Shown here piece by piece: positions 40,677-54,269 of a DNA stretch of 64,000 nt (within the stretch, counting starts at the first letter, position 1; every line of letters begins with the position of its first letter). A program made the translations under genes and the position numbers. The notes beneath the pieces were generated by a model. That model saw nothing but the letters and a program-made list of their open reading frames with translations. It made no database searches and was not told the DNA's origin. Source of the stretch: Octopus vulgaris (Eukaryota); NCBI GenBank assembly GCA_951406725.2, contig OX597835.1, positions 20,522,001 through 20,586,000 on the forward strand. Direction: 5' to 3'.

Positions 40677-41407
40677 CTTGCTGGGAGACACGCAGGCAGG
40701 CAGACTGATAGCTAGGTAGCTAGCTAGATAGATAGATACACACACAAATAGACAAGCGGGCACCGAGCCTGAGAGACAGACTGACAGATAGATAGATAGA
40801 TTACTGGAGTACAATTTCGCACTACACTTGACGTTTAACTGAATCTGACGTATGAAGTGTGTGCTTGGACGTGCGCACACGACTGTGTGTATGTACGTAC
40901 GCGTGCGTAGGTAGTTATGTGTATGTGTGTGTGCTTGTGTCTGTGAGCCTTGCGTGTGTATTCTTTATCTGCATATGTAGCATTATATTTCCTCCTGCAG
41001 AACACTGAGGATTTTTTTCTTATCTATATTGGATTTCGTCAATTTAACATTGGTAATGTAATGTTCTAACAGAATCCTATTCTCAATTGTATTCTCATGT
41101 TTACTCTTATTCTCTTCCTGCTTTGTTGCTGGAATACTTACCACACTTTTATAGATTATTTGTAACGCTTAATGCTCTCACGATATACTAGAGACTATCG
41201 AACCGGTATTTAAAGTCCCTGATTCCAATAACAGCCTGTGAATGTATGAAAGAATTTCACAGAAACCACCTTAATACAATGCTGATGAGATACCAACAGG
41301 ACGATCTCTATCGAGTCGAATCCATTCTAATTTCCAGCGACACAAGAAAATGTTACAATGTGGAGATATATATTTTATGGAGAAATTTCTGAAGCTTCTA
41401 TAATATA

Positions 41408-42171
41408 TATCTTTTTGATAATGTCATATCTATGTAGGTGATATTTTCTCATTTATTTCGTCTCATCGTATAGTGACTTCTAATATATTTATATTCCAGT
41501 TCATATAACAATGGTGGTACACCTACCAACTGGTCAATCAATCTGGTAGAAATCACAGCTAATCCTTCTGCACTTGACAACTAAGCTGTTTTTAAAATAA
41601 CATAGACAATGTAATTCCAGATGTACGAATATAAGCATTTAGGACGAAGCTACTACTAAGTCTGAATTCAACAGTTCATGCTCAACAGTGTTATAATCTA
41701 CGTTTTAAAACTCGATGTAGGAATAGTCATTTGGTTCTAAATAAACATTGCCTGAATTAAGTGCAGCAGTGTCGCGACTGGAATCTATTCGATATAAGCC
41801 ATTGAACAGGTGAAGTTCAGAAGTAGTAACATGTTTAAAACTAATCTATCTGTTATCCCTTATCTTTCACTTGCTTCAGTCATTAAACTGCGGCTATGCT
41901 GGGGCGCCATCTTGAAAAATAATACTCGAACGACCGCCATTTATGATTTAAGCCTGATACTTATACTTATGCCCCGGGTCTCTTTCGTCGAATCTCTAAG
42001 TTACGGAGACATAAAAGCGCCAACAGAAGTTGTAAAGCGGGGTGTACAAGCACGGAGAACGGATGTCGGTTATGTACTAACTGGAATCTAAATATACTAG
42101 AAGACAAAATACATTGAGACGAAATAATGAGAAAATATCACCTACATCGATATGACATCATCAAAACGATA
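41408..42171. mobile_element. Element with ~94-bp inverted repeats (MITE/foldback) containing a degenerate family A SINE (41860-42050, minus)
   Basis: 41408-41501 is the reverse complement of 42079-42171 (atgtcatatc.atgtaggtgatattttctcat). Confidence 0.7.
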
Positions 42172-42394
42172 ACACTTTCGGTATGCAAATTAGGGATTCC
42201 TTCATGGAGTAACTGCTGCATTTGTTGAGTATATAAACGGTTTGGTTGCTTGTTTCTCTAGAAGCTGTGAGAATGATGTGGATACCTCTGATGAGACCCC
42301 AATAAGGTTCGAAAATCGGTCGAGGTTGTTCATAATTGTTTTTTCAATCTGCAGAGAAATGGCTAAAGTTTGTCCTATTTATAAGTATTCCATG

Positions 42395-42514
<120 letters not shown>

Positions 42515-42794
42515 GCATTTACATGAAGCGAAAATTATGAAAACGGAAAAGTCCAACGAAATTTCACTTTAAGATTATAAGGAAGATGCTTGAAACAAGA
42601 AAAATGGTTTGGAATAAAACCGAGCGCCTTCCAAGGTCGTAGTTCTGGAGAAAGTGTGTTAAAATGGTAAAAGCGTGTTTGTATGACGATTCGAAAATAG
42701 TCGTTCGCCACATTTGAAAGACCAGGAAGCGGTAAGGAAGGGATGAAGTGAGATAAACATAAAGGGGAATGTATTCGCAAAAAAGACAAAAATT

Positions 42795-43265
42795 TTTTAG
42801 TTAGTTAGTTAATTTGGCTCAGAAGCAAATAGCAAGGCCATGTAGGGGGACATGGAGTTAAGTACAGAGTGGTGTTCATGTAAAGAGTTCAGGCCACTTG
42901 AGGTCAAGGGAGGCTTTGAACAAAGCGGTCGTCGGCATCTTCACCATCTCGTCTGGCAGCTTGTTCCACGGATCCGCAACCCGGACGGAGAAAGCTCCTC
43001 TCCTTCGATTGAGATGAAATCGTCGCAGGTAGAGCTTTTCGGAATGACCCCGCAGCCGACGCTCTGGAGCAGGAGTGAAGAACAGCTCTTTCGAGAGGTT
43101 ACACTTTCCACTTATGATGTTGTGGGCGAGAATGAGATCACCACGGCGGCGGCGTTTTTCAAGAGAATAAAGGTCGAGCGTCCTCAGCCTTTCTTCGTAG
43201 GACAAATTTTTGAGACCATGAACCATGCGGGTAGCCAGCTTCTGGACTCTTTCGAGATGCTGGAC
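42795..43265 (-). mobile_element. CR1-group LINE 3' fragment (ORF2 C-terminus, 3' UTR, (CTAA)n tail)
   Basis: LERVQKLATRMVHGLKNLSYEERLRTLDLYSLEKRRRRGDLI...LRGHSEKL...FSVRVADPWNKLP. Uninterrupted frame with stop at 42876. Confidence 0.93.
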
Positions 43266-46149
43266 TTTTAGATTCACATATTCAAATTGTGTGTCGTTAT
43301 GTTTGTATTCCGCTTGATAAGTATGTAATATGTGTAGGTCTACCATGTATTTATGTGTCGGGGTATGTATCTAGCCATATAAACATCCTGGTATATGCAT
43401 AAGTATTCATAGCAACTTGTGGTAAATATTCTAATGCTGTCCGTATGTGATATATCTGATGCACAATATTTCCAAATTCTTTATTCGCATAGACATAAAA
43501 TCATAGCATGTGGTACTTTTCATTTTGTTTGCACGCTCAATGATTAAATGTCGTATTTAGATGAATGAGGATTGCAATGTTTATATTCTCGTGGCTGCAA
43601 GTGCTTATGTACATATATACAGAATGTGTATAGAAGCATATCTCTCTATGGATGTATTCTTGCACATCTTTATGTAAATAAATATTTGTTTGCATGTATG
43701 CATTATCAATTCACGTCAAAATATCATCATGGAATTACAAAGACTCATATTCTTAGTGGAATTGTCTTTCAGAGTGGTTTTGCGAAACACCATCAGCGAA
43801 GTAGTTGCTGTTATGATCTATTGAGCTAAAGTGTTTGACATTGTTCCTTGTTCCGTGATGGCAAGACTATAAAAACAGATAGATCATTCTTAGTTATAAT
43901 TAACTCTACAAAGCTCACTGTTTGCTTCTCATAAACAATGCTATACTTTAATCACAGCAGCAAACTCTATAAAAGCAATATAACTGTGTGACGTTTCCAT
44001 TCCACCTTGAATCTCAATCATACCATATCAATCTTAGCTCTTCTCGTCACACAATCAAATGAACTGTATGGCTCTTTAGATGTATTTAGGGTTTTCCATA
44101 AAAGTTTCAGCATATTTTATAGCAGTGATTTTAAGGTGTCTGTCGAAATGATGTCTTCTCCGTGATAAGCTAACCTAACCTATACGTACTATAAAATTTC
44201 AATCATTTTATAGGAATGAAGTTGGCTAAACAATTCTACTGTAAAAGTAACATTTAAGAGGAAGTGAAAAGTAAATTCTCTCTGTAATTTAAAATGGCCA
44301 TAAATATCGCGCTTAAAACAAAAGCGAACGTAACTGCTTTAAAGAGCGAAGAAAACGAAAGATTTCAACAGGGGATCGCTGAAGAGAAGTCTATGGAGGA
44401 TTTTCTTCGGAAATTACTGTCATTCTAGAAAATCCATATCTTACACAATGAAAATGAGGGACGTCAAAATACAGTTTAAATATCATGAAGTGTTCCTGCT
44501 TTAGCAAGTTTTTCCATAAGCGAACAATGAACCTTGGAAAAGGCAATTGTCATTTATGATGCATTCTCCACCGTTTTCGACGATTATCAACATACGTCAT
44601 CTGATTGATTTCCTTACAACTGCTATCTGCACAGTTTTTTTATACAGATTTATCCAATAGCATGGACACACAAATAGATCGAGCCCAGACTTTTACGATT
44701 GCGAAGCATGTTTTTTTAACCGGTCAGTCAAACTTGCATTACTTGTGATATGCACATACAATATAATTTATGAACTTAATTGCTTTTGACGGACATCCAC
44801 ATTCGTTGATGCTAGATATTATTCCAATATCATTGTGATTAAACTGAATTACTGGAGCTAAACTTTTTTTCTCACGAGCCGATATTCCAAACTATGGCTG
44901 CAAGCCATCATATTTATTATCAATTTTACAGTGGTCCTTTTGTCTTACAACGATGGCGCTGATCAGCAACAGTGACAACTAGATTGATCCCTGCTTCATA
45001 ACCAAAGGATGGATGTCCATATTAGGTGGGGTCCTAGACAACAGATTAATCGAAAGTTTGTTCCATACTGTCTACCGTCGCTGCTTGCCACACTACAGCC
45101 TCTTTGGGCCATCGAATTGGAGCGTGAGGAATGTGGATTTCAATCATATTGATATATCGAATTATAGCAGTTTCGAGTTCACATGATAGAATCGTGTCCA
45201 TTAATTGGATGACACTAGAGCGGCCCATGATTGGATGAAACTAATAGCGGCTCTTGACACTAATATACAATGTTTTGTGTCACAAGTGGGGTTGTCTGAA
45301 TAATATTGGAGTGTTAGCTGCGATTTTCCTGAGAGCATATACTCTCCCAAAGAAGCTGTAGAGAAGACTACTTGCGGGGTCCCGTTAGTGCGACATCTCG
45401 TCAACGCCGACTAAGTCAGCTGGATGGAGGGATTTGATCTTGAAAGAAGCAAAAAAAGGGCTACGATTCTATGCTTTTGACACCATGGGCAAAGTATAAC
45501 TAGTAATTTTTTCTTTGAAAAACAGACACACAAAAAACGCTCAAATGGTGTAGAACATATACACATATGTATGTGTGTGTGTGTGTATTTGTAAAGGCAA
45601 GATAATAGGATCGTGTTGTACAAAGTTACTAAGTTTCGAGCAGTCTGTAGAAGGTATCAAAATCAACTTTAAGGGACAATAGTCGTTTATTGACGTATAG
45701 GGTTGTAAATCTGACAGTTTATAGAGAACATGTTTCTAAAGTGCCATGCCGTGGGACTGAATCCTGAACCATAAGGTTGGGGAGCAAGCTTCCTGCCACA
45801 CCTGCGCCTGTATAGTTTTTGAATAATGATTCTACTGATTAGTATTACCACTTAGAAGGGACAGAACAAGTGTCCCAACAAGAAGGATAAACAGTGAATA
45901 TATATGAGTATTCCTACGCGCATTTCATCACGATGGTTGTTTGTAGCACTGGGATAGATATTCCAAATGTATTGTAGATGTTCAGAAAGGATCATTAGGG
46001 TTACAAGGGGATCCCTTATGGCTGGGCATTTGAAATCTGTATGCAATTGGAATTTAGAACGAGATGGTCAGATCACCTATACTCATAACACATATGTAGG
46101 AACTTCAATATAGACGTGTGATTATCCTTAGTATTCATATGTGTATGTG

Positions 46150-46350
46150 CACGTGTGTGTGTATTTGTCCTCCAGCCTTCACTTGTATTTACATGCCCGT
46201 AACATATCTGTCCGGCAAAAGAGATAGGTAGAATAAGTACTAGGATTACAAATAAAAGGACATCAGTTTGATTTCTCTGACTATAAACATCTAAGGCGGT
46301 GCTTCAACATGGTCATAATCAAATGACCGAAACAGTAACAGAATAAAGAA
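46150..46350 (+). mobile_element. Degenerate SINE family A, 3' half
   Basis: cggcaaaagaga...agaataagtactagg...aaggcggtgct..aacatggtc. Confidence 0.7.
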
Positions 46351-46381
46351 CTATATATAATGTATGTATGCATATATATAC

Positions 46382-46455
<74 letters not shown>

Positions 46456-46499
46456 AGGTATATATATGTATATATATAGTTATGTAAATATATAGATTC

Positions 46500-46546
<47 letters not shown>

Positions 46547-46766
46547 TATCTCCATCAGTCTATACATATTTACACACACCCAAAAACCCACAAGCATATA
46601 TGTATGTATAGTGGCGTTGTTTATTTGCGTGTATACGTGTTTGTGTTTGTCTGCATGTGTGTGTGTGTGTGTGTGTCTATGAGAGGGAATGACTGTGTGT
46701 ATGAGAGACAGAGAGTGAAAGAGGCAGATGAAGAGCGAGAGAGAGGAGTTGTATGTCTGTGTGTGC

Positions 46767-46805
<39 letters not shown>

Positions 46806-47734
46806 GTGTGTGTGTGTGTGTGTGTCAAAGGAACCAATTCATCGATTTATAGATAAGGGTTATATTGTTGGATAATCTGAACACGTAGAATTGTGACCAC
46901 ACATCCATTTCTCTCTTCTCTGTCCTCGATATCAAATCATTGAATTAGTGATGAGAGAAAATTTTTCATTTCTCAAGTCATGTACACATTTATCGATAAT
47001 AACTGTCGATATTGATCGACAGTCTATCGTTGGACTATGACAGTAAATGAATCATTTCCTCCGAGTTTTCATTCTTGTGTCAACTATCATTACCCAATAA
47101 CATTCGTTTAATTCTCAACTTGATCTGAGTTGTTGACCTTTTCATGTTATCTGCTGATGGCAACTCTTCAATGAAGATACATCTTCTGTCTATAGCTAAC
47201 TATATCTCTTTATTTGAGTTTCCTGTGTACGCGTATACGTACGAATATATATATAGAGAGAGAGACACATACACATATATACGTAGAAGAGCGTACAAAA
47301 TATCTCGAATACTTATACAGAGGCCTGTAGACACGTGAACACACAAGCAAACGCACACACTTGCACACGCACACACTCATCCACATAATCTATACGGAGT
47401 GTCTGAGGGTGTATATATATATATTAATACAGAAATATGCGCGTCTTGGGTGTGTGTGTGCCTGTATACATACATATATATATGTATGTATATATATATA
47501 TACACACACACACACAAACTCAGTGAAGGTGAGGGCGGTAACTATATGAATATTTATATATTTTTTTATGTATTTAATGGCGCTCTGTCAGTGTGTGCAT
47601 ATGTGTGGAACTGAATATGTGTCACATATGTGTGACGTAGCGGGCTGTTTATGTATGTATTCATGCACATATGTATGTGTATGAACGCGTAGATATACAA
47701 AGAGAAAGTGAAAGTAGGCTCGAGAGACAGGCAG

Positions 47735-47787
<53 letters not shown>

Positions 47788-48114
47788 AAAGTGAATATAT
47801 ATAGAGAGAGAGAGACTAAGCGCTGTACAATGAATGACTGATATTTCCTTCTACAAATCCGACAAGTATAGTTAACAATAATAAAACGTTGTAAGGCGAT
47901 ATATATGGTTAATTCTTGCTTGTTTAACAAAGTAAAAGAGATGCTTGAAGCGCAGTCTCAAAATACGATAGACAAGGATGGACAATACAATGCTTCATTA
48001 ATTCATCTGCAAATTTAAAGAATTTGTAGAAATCACTTATTACTTTACGTATGTAAACATGCAATTATTTCTGTGGGGCACATATCTATACACACACATA
48101 TATATGTATGGATG

Positions 48115-48148
<34 letters not shown>

Positions 48149-48149
<1 letters not shown>

Positions 48150-48408
48150 GGGGTGCGATGGGTAAATTATCGCCATTTTCTATTTTTTATTTCATGCATA
48201 CATATTGTTTGTTATTTTGTCGACTACACAGCATGGTAGGGTCAGTCGAGTGCCGTCTGACAGCACCATGACGCATTTCACTCTGCTAGAAGTTTGAAAA
48301 GGATATGTTGTACTGCTTGGCGTTTGCGCCGGAAAATCCAATACGAACATTTCAGAGTGTTTGGGTAATTTGCGTAATTCAGAAGACAGTCTTTTGAACA
48401 CTCCTTCT
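48149..48408 (+). mobile_element. Internally deleted Tc1/mariner-type element in a TA tract
   Basis: TA-flanked ends ggggtgcgatgggtaaattatcgcc / ttttgaacactcc. Short reading MTHFTLLEV*KGYVVLLGVCAGKSNTNISECLG resembles a transposase N-terminal HTH. Confidence 0.5.
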
Positions 48409-48415
48409 ATATATG

Positions 48416-48472
<57 letters not shown>

Positions 48473-48889
48473 GGTTGTTGTCTACTCCCCATGCAGAGAC
48501 TGACCACATCTTGTCCTTACACCTTAGATTCATCATGACGTCTAATGTGGCTTTTTAAACAAGACATTGTATCGAAAAGCCACCAAAATAGATTGCATAT
48601 CTGATTTGGACAACCAAGACCTGCATTTAAGTTCTGATGTTTGGGGGATCTCAAAATGTCTTATGAAACTTCCTATAGATTTACAGACCTTCTGGCATAC
48701 ACAGCATTGAAAGATGTGCACAGAGTAGTTGGTAGAGGTTCATATTCCATAGGTCCACAAATGAGATTTGAGCCCAGTAAAAGAAAGGTGGTGGTCTGTA
48801 ACAAACTGTGCACAAAAAAATTTCAATCGGATTCATCTTCTCGATCGTAACATTCTTCATTAAATCTCTCTTGAGTCTTACATGTGTAA

Positions 48890-50322
48890 TCTTGGCCATC
48901 ACAAAAGCTTTTCATCTGAAGACATTGCACCGGTTCTGACGCATTTTCCACTGTTCGAAGCAGTCCTGGAACTCTTGCGAAATGATTCCTTTTAACGCCT
49001 CCGTCATTTTTTTCTTCATTTCTTCCACATCCGGCGCAGGAGTGGCTGTGTGGTAAGTAGCTTGCTAACCAACCACATGGTTCCGGGTTCAGTCCCACTG
49101 CGTGTCATATTGGGCAAGTGTCTTCTGCTATAGCACCGGGCCGACCAATACCTTGTGAGTGGATTTGGTAGACGGAAACTGAAAGAAGCCTGTCGTATAT
49201 ATGTATATATATGTATATATGTATGTGTGTGTGTTTATGTGTCTGTGTTTGTCCCCCTAGCATTGCTTGACAATCAATGCTGTTGTGTTTACGTCCCCGT
49301 CACTTAGCGGTTCGACAAAAGAGACCGATAGAATAAGTACTGGGCTTCCAAAGAATAAGTGCCGGGGTCGATTTGCTCGACTAAAGGCGGTGCTCCAGCA
49401 TGGTCGCAGTCAAATGACTGAAACAAGTAAAAGAGAGAGTAAAAGAGAGTATCCGTAAACGGTCTGTTTAATAACCTTTTCATTCGGAAGAACAAAAAAT
49501 ATCACAGGGAACAAGATCGGGTGGATAGGGATGGTGGATAAGCGGGGTCATGCCATTTTTGATATGCGGTGTGCGCTGGCGCATTGTCCTCCCTTTGTCA
49601 CATGTCGGGGCGTTTTCGTCTAACCGAGTCTCAAAAATGCTTCCGAACTGCCAAGGGAAATGTGTGGTTTACATTCTGACCAAGAAAAACAAATTCTGTG
49701 TGGACAGTTGCTTTCGGTTCGATAAAACAAATCAGCATCGTCTTCACAATGGACTTCACTTGACGTGATTTTTGGGGACGTGGTGGCATTGAATGCTTCC
49801 ATTGATTTGATTGCTGCCTCATTTCCGGGTGGAAGCCGTAGCACCAGCTTTCGTCACCAGTGATAACCTTCTAAAATAGGTCAGGATCAACATTTAAATG
49901 TTCTGTCAGTTCACGAAACGGATTCAGTGCTGACTGTTTTTGATCTTCCATGCGCAAGCGAGGCAAACATTTTGCCGCAGCTCTTCTCTTTCACAATTCC
50001 TCGGCAAAAATTCGTTGGCAGGAATTCTAAGACACAGAAGTCAGATCAACAATTTCGTTAATTATTCGGCGACGATCCTCCAAGATCAGTTCATGAATTT
50101 TTGTGATGTTTTCATTCGTTCGGAAGGTCGGCGGTTGCCCTGAACGAGGTAGGTCTTCAAACGACAAGTGACCATTCCTAAAGCGTGTAAACCTTCTCAT
50201 AAACTTGTGGTTTGTTCATTGCAGAATCCTGTTAAGCTGTATGAAACATTACAACTGTTTCAGTTTTTTATCGGCAGGAAACAGAATTTCACAGAAGCAC
50301 ATTGTTTCCTCGTTTCAGCCAT
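48890..50322 (-). pseudogene. mariner (D,D34D) transposase pseudogene, split by a SINE
   Basis: FEDLPRSGQP, VITGDESWCYGFHPEMRQQSNQW, DNAPAH, HHPYPPDLVPCDIFLF, and past the SINE DVEEMKKKMTEALKGI..EFQDCFEQW. Confidence 0.9.
49033..49450 (+). mobile_element. SINE family A inserted in the mariner ORF
   Basis: Full-length copy with short TSD ATCC(G) at 49029-49033 and 49451-49455. Confidence 0.92.
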
Positions 50323-50396
50323 CACCATGAAACCTACAAACAGGTGAGAAACATTGCAAAACGCTTCACGTCGTAGGGCAACTCTATACGAAGATG

Positions 50397-50649
50397 CCGC
50401 TAAGCATTTCGCCCGGTGTGCTAACGTTTCTTATTTATTTATTGCCCACAAGGGGCTAAACATAGAGGGGACAAACAAGGACAGACTAAGGAATTAAGTC
50501 GATTACATCGACCCCAGTGCGCAACTGGTACTTAATTTATCGGCCCCGATTGGATGAAAGGCGAAGTCGACCTTTGCGGGATTTGAATTCAGAACGTAAC
50601 GGCAGAAGAAAGTCCGCTAAGCATTTCGCCCGGCGTGAGAACGTTTCTG
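50397..50649 (-). mobile_element. SINE family B copy followed by a second partial head
   Basis: Body 50432-50649 plus repeated head segment 50397-50431. Confidence 0.85.
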
Positions 50650-50829
50650 TGTGTGAACGTGTGTGAGCTGGCACTTACATGCCAGCTCACACACTTAGAT
50701 AGGCAAAGGTATACCACCACACAAGCATGTTAATATTTAGCACATAATTCTTGTAGTGTGATATTGGAATATTCATTTAAATGCAACAAATGCGCTTTAT
50801 GTGAGAGCCTTATCTCTTCAATTTATATA

Positions 50830-51224
50830 TCTATATATATAAAAGTGAGGTTGTGTGGTGTCTGTCTCCTACGATTTAGATTCCTATCTACTCCCACATT
50901 TTGCGGTGCAGTTTAACCAAAAGCGGGTATCTTATAGTCGTGATTCATATCGAGCCCTTCTGGGTATTAGCGCGCGTCTACGATGAGTATACGATTTTTT
51001 AAAAAAATTACCATCATTTTTTCCCATTTTTAATGCATTTTGGGCATATATAAGGGAAGTAACTCTCTAAAAATGTATTATTAAATCTCAGAACGTAAAA
51101 AGCTACAGTAACCCCCCCCCCTTGTGGTTAGCCATATTGAGATTGCTATTATACTTTACATCTCTAAAAATGCTTATATAATTACTTCCCTTACAAACCC
51201 GAGCAACACCGGGCGATACTGCTA

Positions 51225-51225
<1 letters not shown>
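50830..51225 (+). mobile_element. Non-autonomous mini-Helitron (same 3' end as 24600/25110, different 5' half)
   Basis: A|TCtatatatataaaa ... cccgagcaacaccggg cgatactgCTAG|T. Confidence 0.85.
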
Positions 51226-51291
<66 letters not shown>

Positions 51292-52213
51292 TATGAGTGT
51301 GCGTCCGATTTTCTGCACACGTATGCGTGTCTCTGTATATTCATATGTTTGAATGTATAGGTATATAGGTATGCAGTTTGCACGAAAAAAATTACGGATA
51401 ATGCTTGTAATGTTTCTTTCGTGCAAAGTTTCATTCGATTTAATCATTTTTAATTGGTAATTTATTTGCACGATGGATGCAATATATAACTGTTGCTGTT
51501 TCTGAATGAAAATTTTATTGTGGCAATCGAGGAAAATATTTCCAAGGGAATGCTTGTCTTAATATGAATGTTATTATATAGTCGTGAAAATATATTTTGC
51601 AATTATATTTACTGCTGTTCATTTAAAACAATCTGTAAAAACATGTTAAATACAACAAATGTTGACCTGAAATTTTATTTTATACGACATGGGATATATT
51701 TTATGTGGTGTTGGTTAAAGATTACATAAATATTTGCTTTTCTTTTTAATTCCAAAATGTAATAATGGCAGGCCTGGGTGTAATGTACTGAATTATATAT
51801 ATCACAATTCTATAATTTATCATTTCAATGGCTAGTAAACCTTTCAATTTGCTACTCTCGTTCTTTATGTTTTTATTTTCTTTTCGTTCTACCGATTACA
51901 AATGGCGACGTGTATTCGATTTTTAAAGTACAAATCCGCCATCTCAATGATATTGTTATTCCTAAATTCCTTGCAGACCCAAGCAGGCTTCCCGGATAGA
52001 TACGGTCGATGATCGTTCTAACCTTACGCTAGTTAATTAGCAAGAACATCGGTGAAAAGATAAGGGAGGCAGACATAAAGACAAGCAAGTAGACAGGCAG
52101 CCATCAGAGAGACTAAGCGACAAGACTGATGTTTAATCTGGTTTTCATTAAAACCTATTATTGGAAGAAATTGATGATAATCTTCAACAACAATTGATGA
52201 TAATCTTCAACAT

Positions 52214-52447
52214 GTGTGTATATGTTTTGTGTGTCTGTGTTTGTCCCCCTAGCATTGCTTGGCAACCAAATGCTGATGTGTTTACGCCCTCGTCATTTAG
52301 CGGTTCGGCAAAAGAGACCGATAGAATAAGTGCCGGGTTTACAAAGAATAAGTCCCGGGGTCGATTTGCTCGACTAAAGGCGGTGCTCCAGCATGGCCGC
52401 AGTCAAATGACTGAAACAAGTAAAAGAGTAAAGAGTAAAAGAGTAAA
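52214..52447 (+). mobile_element. SINE family A, 3' half
   Basis: Begins at the internal TG microsatellite. Confidence 0.88.
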
Positions 52448-53140
52448 CAACTTTTACTCAATCGATATGAAATAAAGTCACCCATTATCCCCATTATCTA
52501 ATATGGAAGAATCTTACATTTTCTGCTCGTATTCTACTTCAGACACGAAGGAAAACAAAGGAAACATTGCCAATCCGATTTCGACCAAGGGAAGAAATCG
52601 TCTTCCCTGGTATAATAGAAATACAAGCCAAATAACGCATGAATCACAAGGTATAAAAAAGAATAGTCGAAACTTCCATATATCTCTGTATCAAGAATGT
52701 ATGGTAAAATAGAGCGACATTATTAAGAATATAGCTAAAAGAATTTTTATCCAACAATGTGTTAGCGAGTTTCAGTAAGAATTAAGCTTAGATATATTAT
52801 GGATTGATATTATACTATATTTCAGCGATATGACAAACTCTAGTCCTACACATTTTACGTACTCTTTTGTTAGAGCATTCAAATAGGTTTAGCCAATGTA
52901 CTCTGGAACTTAAATCAATGGCAACGTAATACCTGCCTATTTGTAAATGTAAAAGATGTTGTGAATATTCCCACAAGACATAAGCTCTATTTTAACAGAA
53001 GAAAGTTGTATACAAGGCAAATCGTTTCATAACAGATGAGTTGTATAATGTTCGCTAAAAAACATATACAGATACATTAGAGTGTAATTATATACATGCA
53101 TTTCAAAGACAATACATATGTCATGCATACGCATATATAT

Positions 53141-53328
53141 AGGGAGACTTTACGAAAAAAACAACATAAGACGAAAACAGGTGGTGTACAAAACAAACGG
53201 ATGTATTAGTATAACGCTCAGGAATACAAAACGTCTTTTACGTTTCGAGCCTACGCTCTTCTACAGAAAGGGACACAGAAAAAACAAGGAGAGAAAAAAA
53301 GTATGTAGTGGCTAACGATCTATCATGG

Positions 53329-53330
<2 letters not shown>
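53141..53330 (-). mobile_element. Hammerhead-bearing mini-element family P2
   Basis: Reverse complement of 59823-60010, TA-flanked. Confidence 0.75.
53235..53270 (-). ncRNA. Minimal hammerhead-like motif with CUGUAGA core
   Basis: CTTT-CTGTAGA-A-GAGC gtag GCTC-GAAAC-GTA-AAAG. Confidence 0.6.
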
Positions 53331-53374
<44 letters not shown>

Positions 53375-53597
53375 GTATGTACGTATATCATATTAAAAGG
53401 TGATGGATTCAGTACTAAACCTTTATTGGATACAAAATATGATTTGACCGATCTGGGTCTCATCAGTTGCATTGATAAAGATATATCTCACTACTGTGGA
53501 TGATAACAGATAGCCCAGGATGTGCCGGTGCTCTACTCGACAGTTAAACACATTAATCGACTTGTACGTATTTGTCCAAATTATTTATTACATATAC

Positions 53598-53672
<75 letters not shown>

Positions 53673-53994
53673 CACATGGAGGTGATATAAAACTATACTG
53701 CACGTACAATAACAGCCATACCAACAATCTAACATGCCTTCATCATCAGCTGCCTCACGGATATCACTATGGACCCGATAGCTGGGCGATATCATTCACT
53801 CCGTCGGTGTCAACAGCACTAAAATATGTGTCGTTTGGGAACAAACATACCTTAGATATCACCACATTCATTCAGTTCTAATTCTAGGAAGGATCAAACA
53901 CTATCATTATTATTTAAACTAAGACAAAAGAACACATTTACCCTGTGTACATCAGTATCGGTAAACAAATTCAATAAGTAAACCTCTAACACCT

Positions 53995-54089
<95 letters not shown>

Positions 54090-54207
54090 GATAAAATAAG
54101 TACCAGGTTTAGAAAGAATAAGTCTTGGGGACGATTCCTTCGACTAAAAAGCGATGTTCTAACATGGCTGCAATCAAATGTATGAAGCATGGAAAAGAAT
54201 AAAAGAA

Positions 54208-54269
<62 letters not shown>

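Noticed and set aside
41278-41330. CTGATGA motifs as hammerheads (also 4169, 4929, 9902, 38935, 53743, 61850-61876)
   Set aside because: Missing GAAA or convincing stems I/II; indistinguishable from chance by eye
42852-43271. 139-aa plus-strand ORF
   Set aside because: Antisense shadow of the CR1 ORF2 fragment
52171-52212. 19-bp direct repeat ttgatgataatcttcaaca (similar short duplications near 6857, 19922, 61091)
   Set aside because: Ordinary local slippage or repair duplications
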